Shown one piece after another: positions 33,872 through 44,792 of a stretch of DNA of 64,000 bases (positions are counted from its first letter, which is position 1; the number at the start of each line of letters is the position of its first letter). The position numbers and the translations under genes were made by a program. Where the stretch lies: positions 1 through 64,000 of IMG/VR virus record IMGVR_UViG_3300029893_000001; one strand, given 5' to 3'. The notes beneath the pieces are model-generated. The model was not told where the DNA came from, did not search any database, and saw only the letters and a program-made list of their open reading frames with translations.

Positions 33872-33911
33872 GAAATGCCTCCGTTAGGACCATTCCTAAC
33901 GGAGGCATTTC
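33872..33911. terminator. Intrinsic terminator after rIIB
   Basis: 18-bp perfect stem GAAATGCCTCCGTTAGGA / TCCTAACGGAGGCATTTC. Confidence 0.8.
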
Positions 33912-33942
33912 GGGAGGAGGCTAATGAGTCGAGCGAAAAGGA

Positions 33943-35151
33943 TCAGCTATCGCTGTTAGGCTCCTGGCCGAGCAACTCCGCCTTGCGGACCGAATTGTCC
34001 TGACGGATATCGTTCACCAGGGTGTCGCGGCCCGCCTTCAAGGCGGTACGCACCGAGCTGTAGAGGTGGCGCCGAACGGCCAGCTCCGCGATCTGGTTGC
34101 GGGTCATCTTGTCGAAAGGCACGTCTCCGACCATCATCGCTTCGACGACGAGGTCCTTTCCGAGCCAGCGAGCCTCGTTGGTCGAAGCGAAGATACCCTG
34201 ACGGGCCGCCTCACGACAGATATCGTCACGGCCCATCGCCGCGAAGCTCGCTCGGCGCTCCTCTTCGGAGGGCTCGCGAAGCTGATATTCCTGCTCCTCC
34301 GACTCCTCGAAATCCTCGTTCTCGATCTCGTCGTCGGAATAGACAGGCTTGATCAGTTCACGAGCCGTGTCCTTGTCCTGGTAGACGTTGACGACTTCAT
34401 ACCGGCAGCAGCGAAGCTTCTGGGTCTCGTACAGCGGGACGCTCACGCAGTCCTTCGGGTTCACCTTCACCACGATCATGGTGTTTCCATACCCACGAGC
34501 GTAGGAAAGCGTTCCGACGTGGAATCCGGCACCGCAAGCTACGCCGCGATTGTCATCCACCCTGTCCCACGGCATCTCGTGCACCTTGCCTGGGGACATG
34601 TCGAAGGACCTGGAATGGCAATCGACGAGCGTCTCGTAGTACTCCCCGGTATCCGGATTTCGAAGCTTGCCGGTCGTGACTCCCTTGTACCCGAGGAAAC
34701 ACCCATCCTCGGTGAGCGGGAACTTGCCCTGCTCCAGGAAATCGAAGAGCGCCTCGCGGCTCTCCTGTCGGGGGTTCTGCTCCAGATTCACGAGGAATCG
34801 GACGAACGACGTGTACGGAAGGCCCGCCTCCTTCAGCTCCAGGATTCGCTTCGTGAGCGAATTGTGGAGCGGCTTTCCCTTCACGGTAACCACTCCGTGC
34901 TCGACCTCAACGTCATTGACGCCGACAGCCAGGAGTTCCTGGCGAAGATCGAGGCGATCCTGACGAATGAGACGGAGCAGAGTCTCGCAGCGTGCTCCCT
35001 CTTCCTCAGGGGTCTCGCCTTCCGGACGCGTGATCCGCGAGACGATTTCCTTGTAGTTGGGGTGACCCGGATCGACCTCGTACGGATGCCCGTCGAGGAC
35101 CAGCGTGAGCTGCTTGTCTAGGAACAAAGAACCAATTCGCTTAGCCATCAT
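33943..35151 (-). CDS. rIIB: rIIB-like protein
   Basis: NP...LFDFL...LTEDGCFLGYKGV...CGAGFHVG...VKVNPKDCVSVP; directly downstream of rIIA. Confidence 0.85.
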   Translation of the reverse strand: MMAKRIGSLFLDKQLTLVLDGHPYEVDPGHPNYKEIVSRITRPEGETPEEEGARCETLLRLIRQDRLDLRQELLAVGVNDVEVEHGVVTVKGKPLHNSLTKRILELKEAGLPYTSFVRFLVNLEQNPRQESREALFDFLEQGKFPLTEDGCFLGYKGVTTGKLRNPDTGEYYETLVDCHSRSFDMSPGKVHEMPWDRVDDNRGVACGAGFHVGTLSYARGYGNTMIVVKVNPKDCVSVPLYETQKLRCCRYEVVNVYQDKDTARELIKPVYSDDEIENEDFEESEEQEYQLREPSEEERRASFAAMGRDDICREAARQGIFASTNEARWLGKDLVVEAMMVGDVPFDKMTRNQIAELAVRRHLYSSVRTALKAGRDTLVNDIRQDNSVRKAELLGQEPNSDS

Positions 35152-35187
35152 CAGCCTCCCTTAACAACCTGACTAGGTACGAGTCTC

Positions 35188-37446
35188 TCACTCGTTCTCG
35201 TCATCATCTTCTTCGTCTTCGACTTCCTTCACGTCGTCCGTAGGAGCGCCCGTCGTTGCGACGGGACTTGCACGACGCTTTTCATCCATCATGGAGATGT
35301 ACTCTGCCACTGCCACGTACGTAGCATTCTTGTTCGTCCCATAGTCGTCGTACCCATAGCCGTAACCGTGATCGATGTGCCGGAGAATCACGTTGAAGAG
35401 AGGGTAACGAACCAGGAGCCTCTGGGAGTACACCACCTTTTCTGCCTTGCTTCCATGAGGGAGCACCAGACCCAACGCCCCATCCGTATGGTCCGGGCTC
35501 TCCAGGGCTGGCTGAAGCCGAACAAACGGAGGGACCTTTCTCTCCCACGTATAGATTCGATCGAACGTCTTCGAAAAGCGAACGATGTAGCTATCATCAG
35601 CGATGAGCGACTTCTCTTGCAGAGTCGCCGCAAGCTTCCGAGTGCGTTCGATCCTGTTCCGTTCTCTCGACTCCACGTGAGAGAAGAACTCGTAAGCGTA
35701 GCGGAAATCCGAATTGGACAACCAGAATTCGGTGAGCTTCGCCCGAACATAGGCGTCTAGCGTCATCCAGTTTTCCTGATTCTCAAACTTGGACTTGTAC
35801 GCCGTTCGAACCCCCACCAGACCTCCGTCAGGCACATCGATTCCAAGGGCCTTAAGGTTCTGCAGGGCGGCCCGAAGCTGAACCGGCTTCGATGCGAGCG
35901 TGCAGCCGTCTGGATTCCAACGAGTGATCTCAACGTAGACACCCAGGTCCGGCTCGTCGAGATCGATTTCAGCCTCCTTCCAGAAGCAATCGCTGTATCC
36001 GGCGCCATCCATATCGAACTGGAAAGCTCTGGCCTTCGAGCCAGCAAGGCGACTACGACGCCCACCGACCCCACCACCGCCAGTTCGAGCGCGCTTCGGA
36101 ACGGTGGAGGTGAGGACCAGGCTCTTTTCAGGAACGCCGACCGTGTTGCAGAATGCCTTGAGAGCCGCCTTGTTGACCACCGACACGAGGTACGTGTGTT
36201 GACCTCGGTCAAAATGATCCCTGACGTAGTTGCCTAGCCGATACTCGGCACCGCCGAAATCGGCGAGGTAAAACGTCGTCTCGACGGGGTCAATACGCGT
36301 CGTCTTGTTAATCGAAGCGCTGTTAGGAGCGGACGACCGACCACCACGGGGCTCGACAGCCGTGAACTTCAGGACGGAGATTCCCTTGTCGGACGGGATG
36401 TCGATCGTATTCTTGACGATCCTTCCCCTCCACTTCGGCTGAATGTTGAGCTTCTTGAGCCCGGTCCCGTCGAGGAACTTGAACGCACTGACCGTCGCTT
36501 CCCAGAACGTGTGCGACTCTTCGATCTTCCTGGACGCCAGCTCCACGATTTCATCGTAAATCTGTTCCAGTCGATCGTTGATGTTCTGGACAGAGAACTC
36601 CGTCCACTGAATCGATTCGCGGCTGGGAGTCATCTCGAACGAGCCGAGGGGGAAATCCACGACGATGGACAGCCCCAGAACCTTCTTGGCGTTCGAGCTA
36701 AACCCGCTACGGGTGGCCTCGATAGGATACTCGACATTTCCCATCGTGCAGATGTTGCCACCTTCAAGACGCTGGAAAAGCTTCCAGCCATCTCCCTCCA
36801 AGACCGGGTCTTCGGGGTACGAATCCGGCTCGAAGCCTGCGACTCCCTTCACGATGGGCTTGACGACGAAGGGCCGAAGCGCAATCTTCGCCGCCCTCTT
36901 GAAGTCGTAGAAGTCATTCTCATCCACCGAGAACGAAACCTCCAAGCCATTCGGCTCGTCGGTCGGCTGCTCCGCCATCTTGAGGATCTGCGGGAAGCCA
37001 TGTTCGTTGATGATGGCGTTGTAGTGGTACTTGATCCCGTTGTAATAAGAAATCACCGTGAACTTACGGGTGTAAGCGTACGGGCTCTTGGAACCAAGAC
37101 CAAAGCACCCCGTCATCGCGTCCGAGTGCTGCTTCGTGCTCTTGAAGTACGTGGTGTAAACCTGTCGAATACCCATCTCCGACAGGCCAACTCCGTAGTC
37201 CCGAATCTTGAAGACCGGAGCCAATGAATTCGGGAGGTACAACTCGAACGGACGGTCGGTCGTGCCGGCTTCGACATGGGCATCCCACGCGTTGCAGCAC
37301 AGCTCACGAACGATCGCACGGAACGGATCCGAATAGAGGCCCTTCGAGAGAACGCTGAACGCATGAGCGCTAATCTCGATGGAGAAATCACTGGGCCCGA
37401 AATCGCCGTCCATCTGGACAGCCGCGCCCTGAGAAGGTAGACGCAT
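35188..37446 (-). CDS. rIIA: rIIA-like protein (GHKL ATPase N-terminus)
   Basis: LYSD..RAIVRELCCNAWDAH, IRDYGVGLS, STK...GCFGLGSKSPYAY. Confidence 0.88.
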   Translation of the reverse strand: MRLPSQGAAVQMDGDFGPSDFSIEISAHAFSVLSKGLYSDPFRAIVRELCCNAWDAHVEAGTTDRPFELYLPNSLAPVFKIRDYGVGLSEMGIRQVYTTYFKSTKQHSDAMTGCFGLGSKSPYAYTRKFTVISYYNGIKYHYNAIINEHGFPQILKMAEQPTDEPNGLEVSFSVDENDFYDFKRAAKIALRPFVVKPIVKGVAGFEPDSYPEDPVLEGDGWKLFQRLEGGNICTMGNVEYPIEATRSGFSSNAKKVLGLSIVVDFPLGSFEMTPSRESIQWTEFSVQNINDRLEQIYDEIVELASRKIEESHTFWEATVSAFKFLDGTGLKKLNIQPKWRGRIVKNTIDIPSDKGISVLKFTAVEPRGGRSSAPNSASINKTTRIDPVETTFYLADFGGAEYRLGNYVRDHFDRGQHTYLVSVVNKAALKAFCNTVGVPEKSLVLTSTVPKRARTGGGGVGGRRSRLAGSKARAFQFDMDGAGYSDCFWKEAEIDLDEPDLGVYVEITRWNPDGCTLASKPVQLRAALQNLKALGIDVPDGGLVGVRTAYKSKFENQENWMTLDAYVRAKLTEFWLSNSDFRYAYEFFSHVESRERNRIERTRKLAATLQEKSLIADDSYIVRFSKTFDRIYTWERKVPPFVRLQPALESPDHTDGALGLVLPHGSKAEKVVYSQRLLVRYPLFNVILRHIDHGYGYGYDDYGTNKNATYVAVAEYISMMDEKRRASPVATTGAPTDDVKEVEDEEDDDENE

Positions 37447-37495
37447 TTTTGTTAGTAGCCTTTCTGGAGCTGAGGAGCCCCGTCCTCGCCCTACT

Positions 37496-37512
37496 TACTA
37501 TCGGCAGGGTTC
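37496..37512 (-). promoter_or_regulatory. Repeated phage promoter motif driving rIIA-rIIB
   Basis: TACTATCGGCAGGGTTC, 50 nt upstream of rIIA. Confidence 0.75.
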
Positions 37513-38462
37513 AGCCCATTCTAGAAGTGGAATGTGACGGTAGTCAAACAAAATGGCGTGCCTCATCTTCGTCGAGGAGCAACCGCCATGGCTTTTGGCT
37601 TACTCCCGCCGGAAGGCGTAGCGCGAGAAGCACCTTACCGAGCACATATGCAGCAACGTAGGCCGCGCACTCTTCGTTTGTTGCGGGCTCTCGTCCTTTC
37701 TTAAGCGCGTACTCGCTAGGCCGAACGCGATAATGGAAAAGTCTCTGATGACCGAAAGCCTCCTCCATTCCTGCTCGAAATGCTTGATGTTGGGGATTCT
37801 CGACGTCTTCTCCAGACTTTCGCTCTCGCCGCCAAGAGAGATCCCGCTCGAAATAATCGACCCAATTCAAGCACCCCATTTTGTGGGGGTCGCTTTCCCA
37901 TGGGTCTTCGATTGGAATAGCCCCACTGACACTGACCAGACGAGTACCATACGTGCTCTTCAGGTACTCTCGCTTTTTCGTCTTTTTGTCTCTCGTGTAA
38001 GACCAACGAAGTGTTACCGGCTCGTCGTAAATTGCTCTCATTTCGGCGTTGATACGAGGAATCAACGCTGAGAGGTCATCCTGCGTCCGGCGAATCACGA
38101 AGTACAAAGAACCGTCTGGCCATGAATAAGCGTGGCAATGTTCCACACCCAGCTTCATAAGCGCACACTCGACGATCATCCCTGCCTCACTCACGGCAGC
38201 ACTTGCCTGACGGCTCGCTTCGTCGTCGCCGAGGTTGCCGATATAGGGGCCCGGCGCGTAGCTGAAGCTCAGGTGCCAGTAGAGGTACTGGCCCCTGTCA
38301 ATCAGGGGCTGCCCAAACGGGCGCACCGAAAAGACCTTGTGCCTCGGATGGATAGCACGAAGAGCCAACGAAGGGAAGCGGTCGGGAAGAGGAAAGTGCT
38401 CTACGACCTCAGCGGACTCCTCCCCCTTCTTCGGAAGGTACACAATTTCGTGGAGTTGCATA

Positions 38463-39248
38463 TTACGTTTCCGGGTTCTTTGGTTCGTGACGAGCGCAGT
38501 AAAACCTATCAGCGAACACTCGGTGCGATCGTTCTTGGGCACTCCATTCGCGAAGTGGCTGGTCGCATACAAAGCACACGCCGCCTTTTGCCTTGACCAC
38601 TTTGAATCCCTTGGGCTGGTCAAACATGCCCATCCCGAGGGGCTTTTGCTCAACACCGCACTTCGGGCATTTCCCTCGAAAATACCCTGATATAAAGGCA
38701 GCTACGTGTCCGAGCTTGCCTTCGTGTCCCTCCCACCCACAAGACTTGCAGCGTTTCAAGTCCCACTTTTTCCACAGTGGACGACCAGGTTCCGCAAGTA
38801 TTCTAGGAACTTCCGCTCGTACCGTGGCAAGTTCTGCGCGCAGTGCGGGCAGTAGTTGCGTGACACATTCACGACACGCACCGATGGACACGTGATTTTG
38901 CACGCGCACAAAAGATTCTCGGAATTCCACAGCCGCTATCGTGCCCCAGGCCTTGATCATCCCGCGATTGCGACCGGAACGATACCGTATGGGCTCAGCC
39001 TTCTTGCCGCAGACCCGACAAGAGGAACTCATACTCGTTCTCAGGAATATCAGCTCGCCGTTTCGTTGCGCTTCTGAGATTACGTCAGCAACAAATGCGG
39101 CACCCTCAGGAGCTAGTTCTGAAAGTCTCTGTATTGCTGCGAGACGGGCTTTGGCTAGCTTTACCTCGTGCCGCAGCTTTTCGCTTAAATCATCTCGCGC
39201 GTCTAGATAGACGAGCTGTTCGTCTGTAAGTTCGACGCTGGTTCCCAT
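38463..39248 (-). CDS. Multi-CxxC zinc-finger phage protein
   Basis: Several CxxC pairs. Confidence 0.5.
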   Translation of the reverse strand: MGTSVELTDEQLVYLDARDDLSEKLRHEVKLAKARLAAIQRLSELAPEGAAFVADVISEAQRNGELIFLRTSMSSSCRVCGKKAEPIRYRSGRNRGMIKAWGTIAAVEFRESFVRVQNHVSIGACRECVTQLLPALRAELATVRAEVPRILAEPGRPLWKKWDLKRCKSCGWEGHEGKLGHVAAFISGYFRGKCPKCGVEQKPLGMGMFDQPKGFKVVKAKGGVCFVCDQPLREWSAQERSHRVFADRFYCARHEPKNPET

Positions 39249-39961
39249 TGCCTTGCCTCCCTTTTCTGGAGTTCGATCTCTTCGTAGATTACGAACGCTA
39301 GCCCCTTGGCCAGCTCGGTTGGTTCGGCTGCTTCACGAAGAGCCTGTACCAACCGAACGATAGAACGAGGAGCTAAATCGAGATCGAAATTAGAGGGGAG
39401 GATTCGAGAAAGGCCCTTACGCGTCAGCGGGATGTAAAGCCACCAAAGAGCATCCGCTTCAATCGCAATGGCATCGATTTCATTCCCCGCTCGCTGGGCC
39501 GGGAGCAGCGCCTCAATAGCTCTGGATATGCTCAAGGCCCGTTCCGATTCGAACTCCACGTTACCAGTGAGTGCAACGTGATGGGCCATCTCATGAACGA
39601 GGTCTTCTGCTACATCCAGAAGCTCTTCGGCTGAGCGCTTTTCGAGGTCTTCCTCTGTGAATCCTCGATGGTATTCTCCAATATTCTCTAGAAGTTGTTG
39701 ACAAGCCAGAATGATTTGAGCCTTAGTCGGCTTTGCTCCAAAGAGCCTCCTCCGTTCTTCACGGAGTCGCTGCCTAAACTTCACAGCTCCTGGATTTCAT
39801 AGAAAGCCAGACTCGATTCCGGCGAATCATACTGGCAGATATAGCTCTCAACGGCCTCGGCCGCTTCTTCCTCAGTCTCAAACGACTCGACATAGTCCCA
39901 CTCAACGGGATCCCCGTTGATGGGACTTGAGAATCCGAAGAATCGAACCTTCATGTCGACC

Positions 39962-40636
39962 TCACTTTTTCTTTTGCGTGTACGTCGTATATGCACGGGG
40001 GTCGATGCGGTCCCCGAGAAGAAGCTCAAAGATCTCATTGAGACTGTCGATCGCTGCCTGCCCGGCCGGGGTGGTGGGTGTTGTCTGCAATAGAGCTAAG
40101 CATTTTCTACATCTATGACCCCTAGCCCGTTCGGCACGTGCGGGAGTTGTCCAGACCACAGGCTCTGACTTGCACTGGCAATAGAGCGGAACGTTACCTT
40201 GGGCTCTTTCGTACTCTTCATTGAAGAGATCGTGGCACCGTCGAGGATTAGGGTAGCCAAGAGCGGTCATTACTCGAACCCATTCCGGTCCATGATGAGC
40301 ATTACGCCTTCCACGGAACTTAGCACGCACAGGGTCATGGGCTCGCATGGCGTCCACCATGATATGCGCTAATTCATGGAAGACAGTCTCTCGCTTTTCT
40401 GTCTCGGGCGCCACCTTCCACAGCACCGTTGAAAGCCTAATAATGGCAGTGCTTGTCTTCTTGGAGTAGAGAGCAAGACCTACTGTCCTACTCATTCTAT
40501 CACTCCACTCCAACACCAAAATCGAACGAATATGTTCGAGTAGTTCTGGGGTCAGAATGCTTTCATCCTTGGCCCGGAGGAAAGCCTCCTGGAGCCACAG
40601 CATTGCCCTTTTTCGGTCCTTGTAAGGAAGCAGCAT
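39962..40636 (-). CDS. SprT-like zinc metalloprotease
   Basis: TVFHELAH...HHGPEWVRVM plus C-terminal CxC/CxxC. Confidence 0.85.
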   Translation of the reverse strand: MLLPYKDRKRAMLWLQEAFLRAKDESILTPELLEHIRSILVLEWSDRMSRTVGLALYSKKTSTAIIRLSTVLWKVAPETEKRETVFHELAHIMVDAMRAHDPVRAKFRGRRNAHHGPEWVRVMTALGYPNPRRCHDLFNEEYERAQGNVPLYCQCKSEPVVWTTPARAERARGHRCRKCLALLQTTPTTPAGQAAIDSLNEIFELLLGDRIDPRAYTTYTQKKK

Positions 40637-41801
40637 GACGGTATTTTACAGTAGTCGAATGACTTGTTCGTCCACTTACCACCACCAGCGCTTGTCTAGG
40701 TCGTGACTCTGCTCAGTTGTGAGAGCGTGGATGCTCCCCGACCATTCCACGCGAAAAGGTTGCAATACCTTCCCCACCGCCACCATGGAACCGTAGACTT
40801 TCTGTCCATCGACCGCTACTAGCGCGGGAAGGCCACAATCTCCAGTGCACCAAGAGTGGCCGCAACCCTCCACCCCATCCACTGTGACTGTGGGATGCCA
40901 CCTACCATCCGGATACTTCTTGTTATCCGAGCTAATCTTCACTGATCCTTTGGGCAATGAAGGCATGTTACTTCACCCCAAATCAACTAGAGCCCCTACT
41001 TCTATTTCTGAAGTTTCATATCCGTCTAGCGAGTCAGGACGGTTATACCTATTTTGCTCATCATTGAAATGAAACTCTGCGGCGGCGCGCGCATCCTCCT
41101 CCGTCTCGAATACCCCCAAGAAAGTCATGGCTGAGAAGGTATACCCATCACTCCAGGTCCAGTGCAGAACTACTAGTTTCACAACCCCTCCGGATGCAGC
41201 CGCCTAAACGTATAGTCGGTGTACTTGCCACGAATTTCAGTAATTCGCACAACGTCACCCACAGCGAACCGAGCACCAGGCGGATCGACGTCGGCGGCTT
41301 CTAAACTATGGCTCACGCGACTCTTAGCTTGAGCGTCCAACCAAGGACCAGAAATGGTCACGAGTTGTGCAGGAGGATCTTGTCGGTAATCTAAGAACGT
41401 GTCAATGACCACTCCTTCCGAATATGGGTGACTCGATCCGTGGCGACCAAACCGCGCACAGTGGTCAACACACCAGAGCCACGTCCGCTCTGGGACGTCA
41501 GAAGGAATATTCTGGCGCATCGTTTGAAGTAGATGGCGGTGCGCATCGCGCCGAGCCTGCTGCTCTTGAACTTTCTGTTCATCCAGTAAGAGCCAACTCC
41601 GGTAGGCCCCAAAAATGGCACCTGCTACCGCAGTAGTTATGAAGAGGGCTTCAAGAACAGACTTTGTCCTCCTCCAGAACGTAGCCCAAAACTTCTTCCG
41701 ACGTGCACGACGTTCCTCGGAGGCCCGCTGTCGTTCTTCTTCAAGCTGGCGCTCCAGCAACATAGCCTTGTGCTGAAGGTGTTCTTTTTGGTCTCGAAAA
41801 C

Positions 41802-42527
41802 TCATGCAACCACCGCGAGGTGCTTCTTTACCCTCTCCGCCGCTCCGTGTGCTTCGAACGCGATCCCCCTATTCGTCTTGCGCAGCCACTTCGACTTCAT
41901 ACAAAGTCGACAATCCGAACACGGAATTCCTCGCGTCTGCTGCGGACAGGGGAGCCATTCCACGTCCGACCCAGGAAGCCTGTAGGCCTTATCGGAGGTA
42001 TGCTTCGGCACGACAACCGCGGGGGCGTATCCCCGCCTGCGCGCCTTCTTCGCCAACTTCGGATCTTCCATAGAGGCGAGAACAGAAATAGGACCCCAGT
42101 CACGTGCCGGTACGGTCTCCCAGCCGTGAGTGTACGTCCATACTTCTCCGCCGCCTCGGGCCTTCCATTCTCGCGCAGCATCTGCCAAAATCTGGGCAGC
42201 TCGTCGAGTACGAGCGTCGCCAGACACGTGCATCCGCAAATCGCGACCCCCACGAGCCCCATCCTGGGGAATAGGACCTCCACGAAATGCTGCACGAATT
42301 GCACGTCGCTCTGCGCGGGCTGCGGCTTCAGGTCGCATTCCTGGCGTAGCCTGCTTATTAAGGCGCTGAACGTGAAGACCCACGCGTCCGTATTCTGCGT
42401 AACAGCCTTCGCCACGAAGGGCGCACGAAGTAGGACACGAAACACTGGTGGCCACATACGTGGCTGAAATCTGACCCTTGCCCGCGATCTTTTTATTCGC
42501 CGAGCTTTCTGCAAGAATTGCAACCAT
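41802..42527 (-). CDS. Gp88-like Cys-rich (Fe-S/radical-SAM-like) phage protein
   Basis: CPTSC...GCYA, RMHVSGD, WTYTH, CP....C..C.LC, IAFEAHG. Confidence 0.6.
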   Translation of the reverse strand: MVAILAESSANKKIAGKGQISATYVATSVSCPTSCALRGEGCYAEYGRVGLHVQRLNKQATPGMRPEAAARAERRAIRAAFRGGPIPQDGARGGRDLRMHVSGDARTRRAAQILADAAREWKARGGGEVWTYTHGWETVPARDWGPISVLASMEDPKLAKKARRRGYAPAVVVPKHTSDKAYRLPGSDVEWLPCPQQTRGIPCSDCRLCMKSKWLRKTNRGIAFEAHGAAERVKKHLAVVA

Positions 42528-42566
42528 GAATAGCTCCCTGCAATTCGCCGTACTGGCGACAACGAC

Positions 42567-42583
42567 TAGTATCGGCAGGGTTC
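42567..42583 (-). promoter_or_regulatory. Repeated phage promoter motif
   Basis: TAGTATCGGCAGGGTTC directly after terminator 42600-42630 on the minus strand. Confidence 0.8.
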
Positions 42584-42599
42584 AGCCCTAAACGGGGAC

Positions 42600-42630
42600 A
42601 CCCGCTGGGGACGCAAGGTCCCCAGCGGGT
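42600..42630 (-). terminator. Intrinsic terminator
   Basis: ACCCGCTGGGGAC / GTCCCCAGCGGGT stem. Confidence 0.7.
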
Positions 42631-42920
42631 TTACAGGGCTTCTTCTGGATCCTGATTTCGGTCTCGCTTAGCTGCTATTTCGTCCTCTACAGCAAGCTCA
42701 TGAAGCCGGAGCCTATGCCATTCATCGAAGTGCGCGTAGTATTCTTGCTCCCCAGCAAGGCCACGTTTGTACGCGTCGTTGGTCTTCTTTGCCCAATGGG
42801 CCGTTGCAAGACTTAGAACCTTGCGGACCAACTTTTCCAAGAAGTCGGCATCCTTCTTGGCGATGGCCTTAATCACCTCTTCTGACATAGGACCCCTTTA
42901 CAGGACCTCGACAGACGCGG

Positions 42921-43682
42921 TCATTCAGCGGCCTGAAGCGGAGCGGACTCGATATCTCTGTACATCGTGCCCCCGGAGAGCACAGCGGAGGGAACCCACC
43001 CCGACCCCTTCACAAAGGCCGTAGCCTCCTCACGGGTCGGAAGACGATCCTTCCACCCCCTGGCAATCGATTCCTGATCCCAGGTTGTTCCCGTCGTACA
43101 GAGGTACTCAATCAGCTCCTCCGGAGTAGCAAAGACCGGCGTAATCGGAGAGCCGCCCGAAACAGTCTCCCAGACCTGCCAGCCCTTTCCCTTCGGCGGG
43201 GCCTTCCTTCGCCAGCGCCTTCGTGCCTGGTGCTGCGTCTCGTCTGCCACGACACGGCACTCCCCCTTACAGACAGGGCACATGAATGTCTTCGTCAGAG
43301 AAACACGAAGGGTCTTAGCTAGATGGCGCATGATGTCATATGCAACCATGCGAGGATCCGTGACTGTCGATCCTCCGTACGTGTACGGAATCTTGTTGTG
43401 ACGCCGGTATTCAGGGGCCACACTTCTCTGAAGGGCAATCAAGAAGCGAAGCTCTTCAGGAGTCAGGTCCTCTGCCTCTGAAGGCAGAAGGCCCTTCTTC
43501 GCATTGAACTCAGCCGACGCATAGATTGCGTTTCCCAATCGGCTGTACCCTGTAGGACGTCCTTCCAATCCACGGCAGGAATGGCATTCGACGCATCCAT
43601 CCGGCGGAGGCACGTAGCCTTCCCAGGGATGGCCGAGAGGCCAATCGAAGTCGAGAGGAACTCGCTTGATTTCACAACCCAT
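42921..43682 (-). CDS. Phage protein with split CxxCxG zinc finger (WQVWETVS.GSP family)
   Basis: Motifs CHSCRG, CPVCKG, GWQVWETVSGGSPITPVF. Confidence 0.6.
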   Translation of the reverse strand: MGCEIKRVPLDFDWPLGHPWEGYVPPPDGCVECHSCRGLEGRPTGYSRLGNAIYASAEFNAKKGLLPSEAEDLTPEELRFLIALQRSVAPEYRRHNKIPYTYGGSTVTDPRMVAYDIMRHLAKTLRVSLTKTFMCPVCKGECRVVADETQHQARRRWRRKAPPKGKGWQVWETVSGGSPITPVFATPEELIEYLCTTGTTWDQESIARGWKDRLPTREEATAFVKGSGWVPSAVLSGGTMYRDIESAPLQAAE

Positions 43683-43988
43683 TTGATTACGCTTCCTTCT
43701 TTCCTACGATTCCGCCAAGAGGTCTCTTGGGCTTGGCGATGCCATAGCGCATCCGAGAAATTCGGTGCGCCTGTTCGAGCGCGTGCTTGTAGTTTTCCTG
43801 GAGCTGCTGAAGCGCTTCCGGATCGAGGTCCTTATCCTTCAGTTGGCGAAGGTACTCATTCGCCTTCTTGTTCCACCGGTTCCTCGACGTGTCGAGGATA
43901 TGAAGCAGTACCTTCTCGATGTCCTCAGAGGATCTCGTGCAGAGGCCCCGTACAAGGGCCTGCAAGGCGTCCTTGGTGACTTCTGCCA

Positions 43989-44792
43989 TCAATCATCCTC
44001 TTCTACGTCATACGGTAGAGGAATGTCAGGGAATTCGTCGTTCGACAGTGGTACCGAGGCCATGTGATAGTGTGCGTAGCAAACCCCAGATTCCGGACGG
44101 GACTCAAGTTCTTGCGCAGGACCCACCTGGCGAAGATCTTCGCGCTGCTCTCCAACCCGCGCATTGGCCAGAACGTGTAGCAAGCCTGCTTCGATGTCGA
44201 TGATGTATACCCACTCGATGAAGAGCTTGTCGCTCGTCTTCTCGGTCATGAAGGAATCCTTCACCGGACTCTCGACGTGCGAGTGGTGCTTCATCTCGGG
44301 ATCGGGGTAGCCGGTCTTCTTGAAGGCCGCGATTACCTCCAGGCCGGCGTCGGTCTCGTGCTTGTAGCCCGAGTCGTACTCGCCGTAGGCGCCCATCTTC
44401 TTGATGGTCTTGTCCCAGAGATCCCCACGGATCTTCTTCTGGTGAGCGAGCCACACGTCCTCATTCGTGTGCCGAATGAAGCTCTCTCGCTGGTACTCCG
44501 GGATTCCCTCGATGCCCTTCTTCTGGAAGTCGAAGATGTGGTCGAAGGGAGTGACGAGGAGATTGGCCCCTCCGGGAGTTGCCTTCTGCCCGCAGTAGGG
44601 GCAGCGGCCTCCACGAAGACTGTCCTCCCAGGACCGAGACTTGGTCAGCACCTTGACGAGCTGAGCTGCACCGACTTCCTTGATCCTATCCCAGACGTCC
44701 TTGCCCAGACCGCCGGGGTACGAATCGAAGTGGTTGTAGATGCCCTTCCAGTGCTCCAGGTTGCCCCAGGCAACCGCTCCACGGGTACTCAT
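43989..44792 (-). CDS. Phage protein (MSTR...YNHFDSYP..LG...EWVYIID family)
   Basis: Motif recognition; ATGA coupling. Confidence 0.6.
   Translation of the reverse strand: MSTRGAVAWGNLEHWKGIYNHFDSYPGGLGKDVWDRIKEVGAAQLVKVLTKSRSWEDSLRGGRCPYCGQKATPGGANLLVTPFDHIFDFQKKGIEGIPEYQRESFIRHTNEDVWLAHQKKIRGDLWDKTIKKMGAYGEYDSGYKHETDAGLEVIAAFKKTGYPDPEMKHHSHVESPVKDSFMTEKTSDKLFIEWVYIIDIEAGLLHVLANARVGEQREDLRQVGPAQELESRPESGVCYAHYHMASVPLSNDEFPDIPLPYDVEEDD

Noticed and set aside
42631-43992. Possible paralogy of ORFs 42631..42888 and 43687..43992 (W.KK.N..Y)
   Set aside because: Similarity too short to support without a profile alignment.
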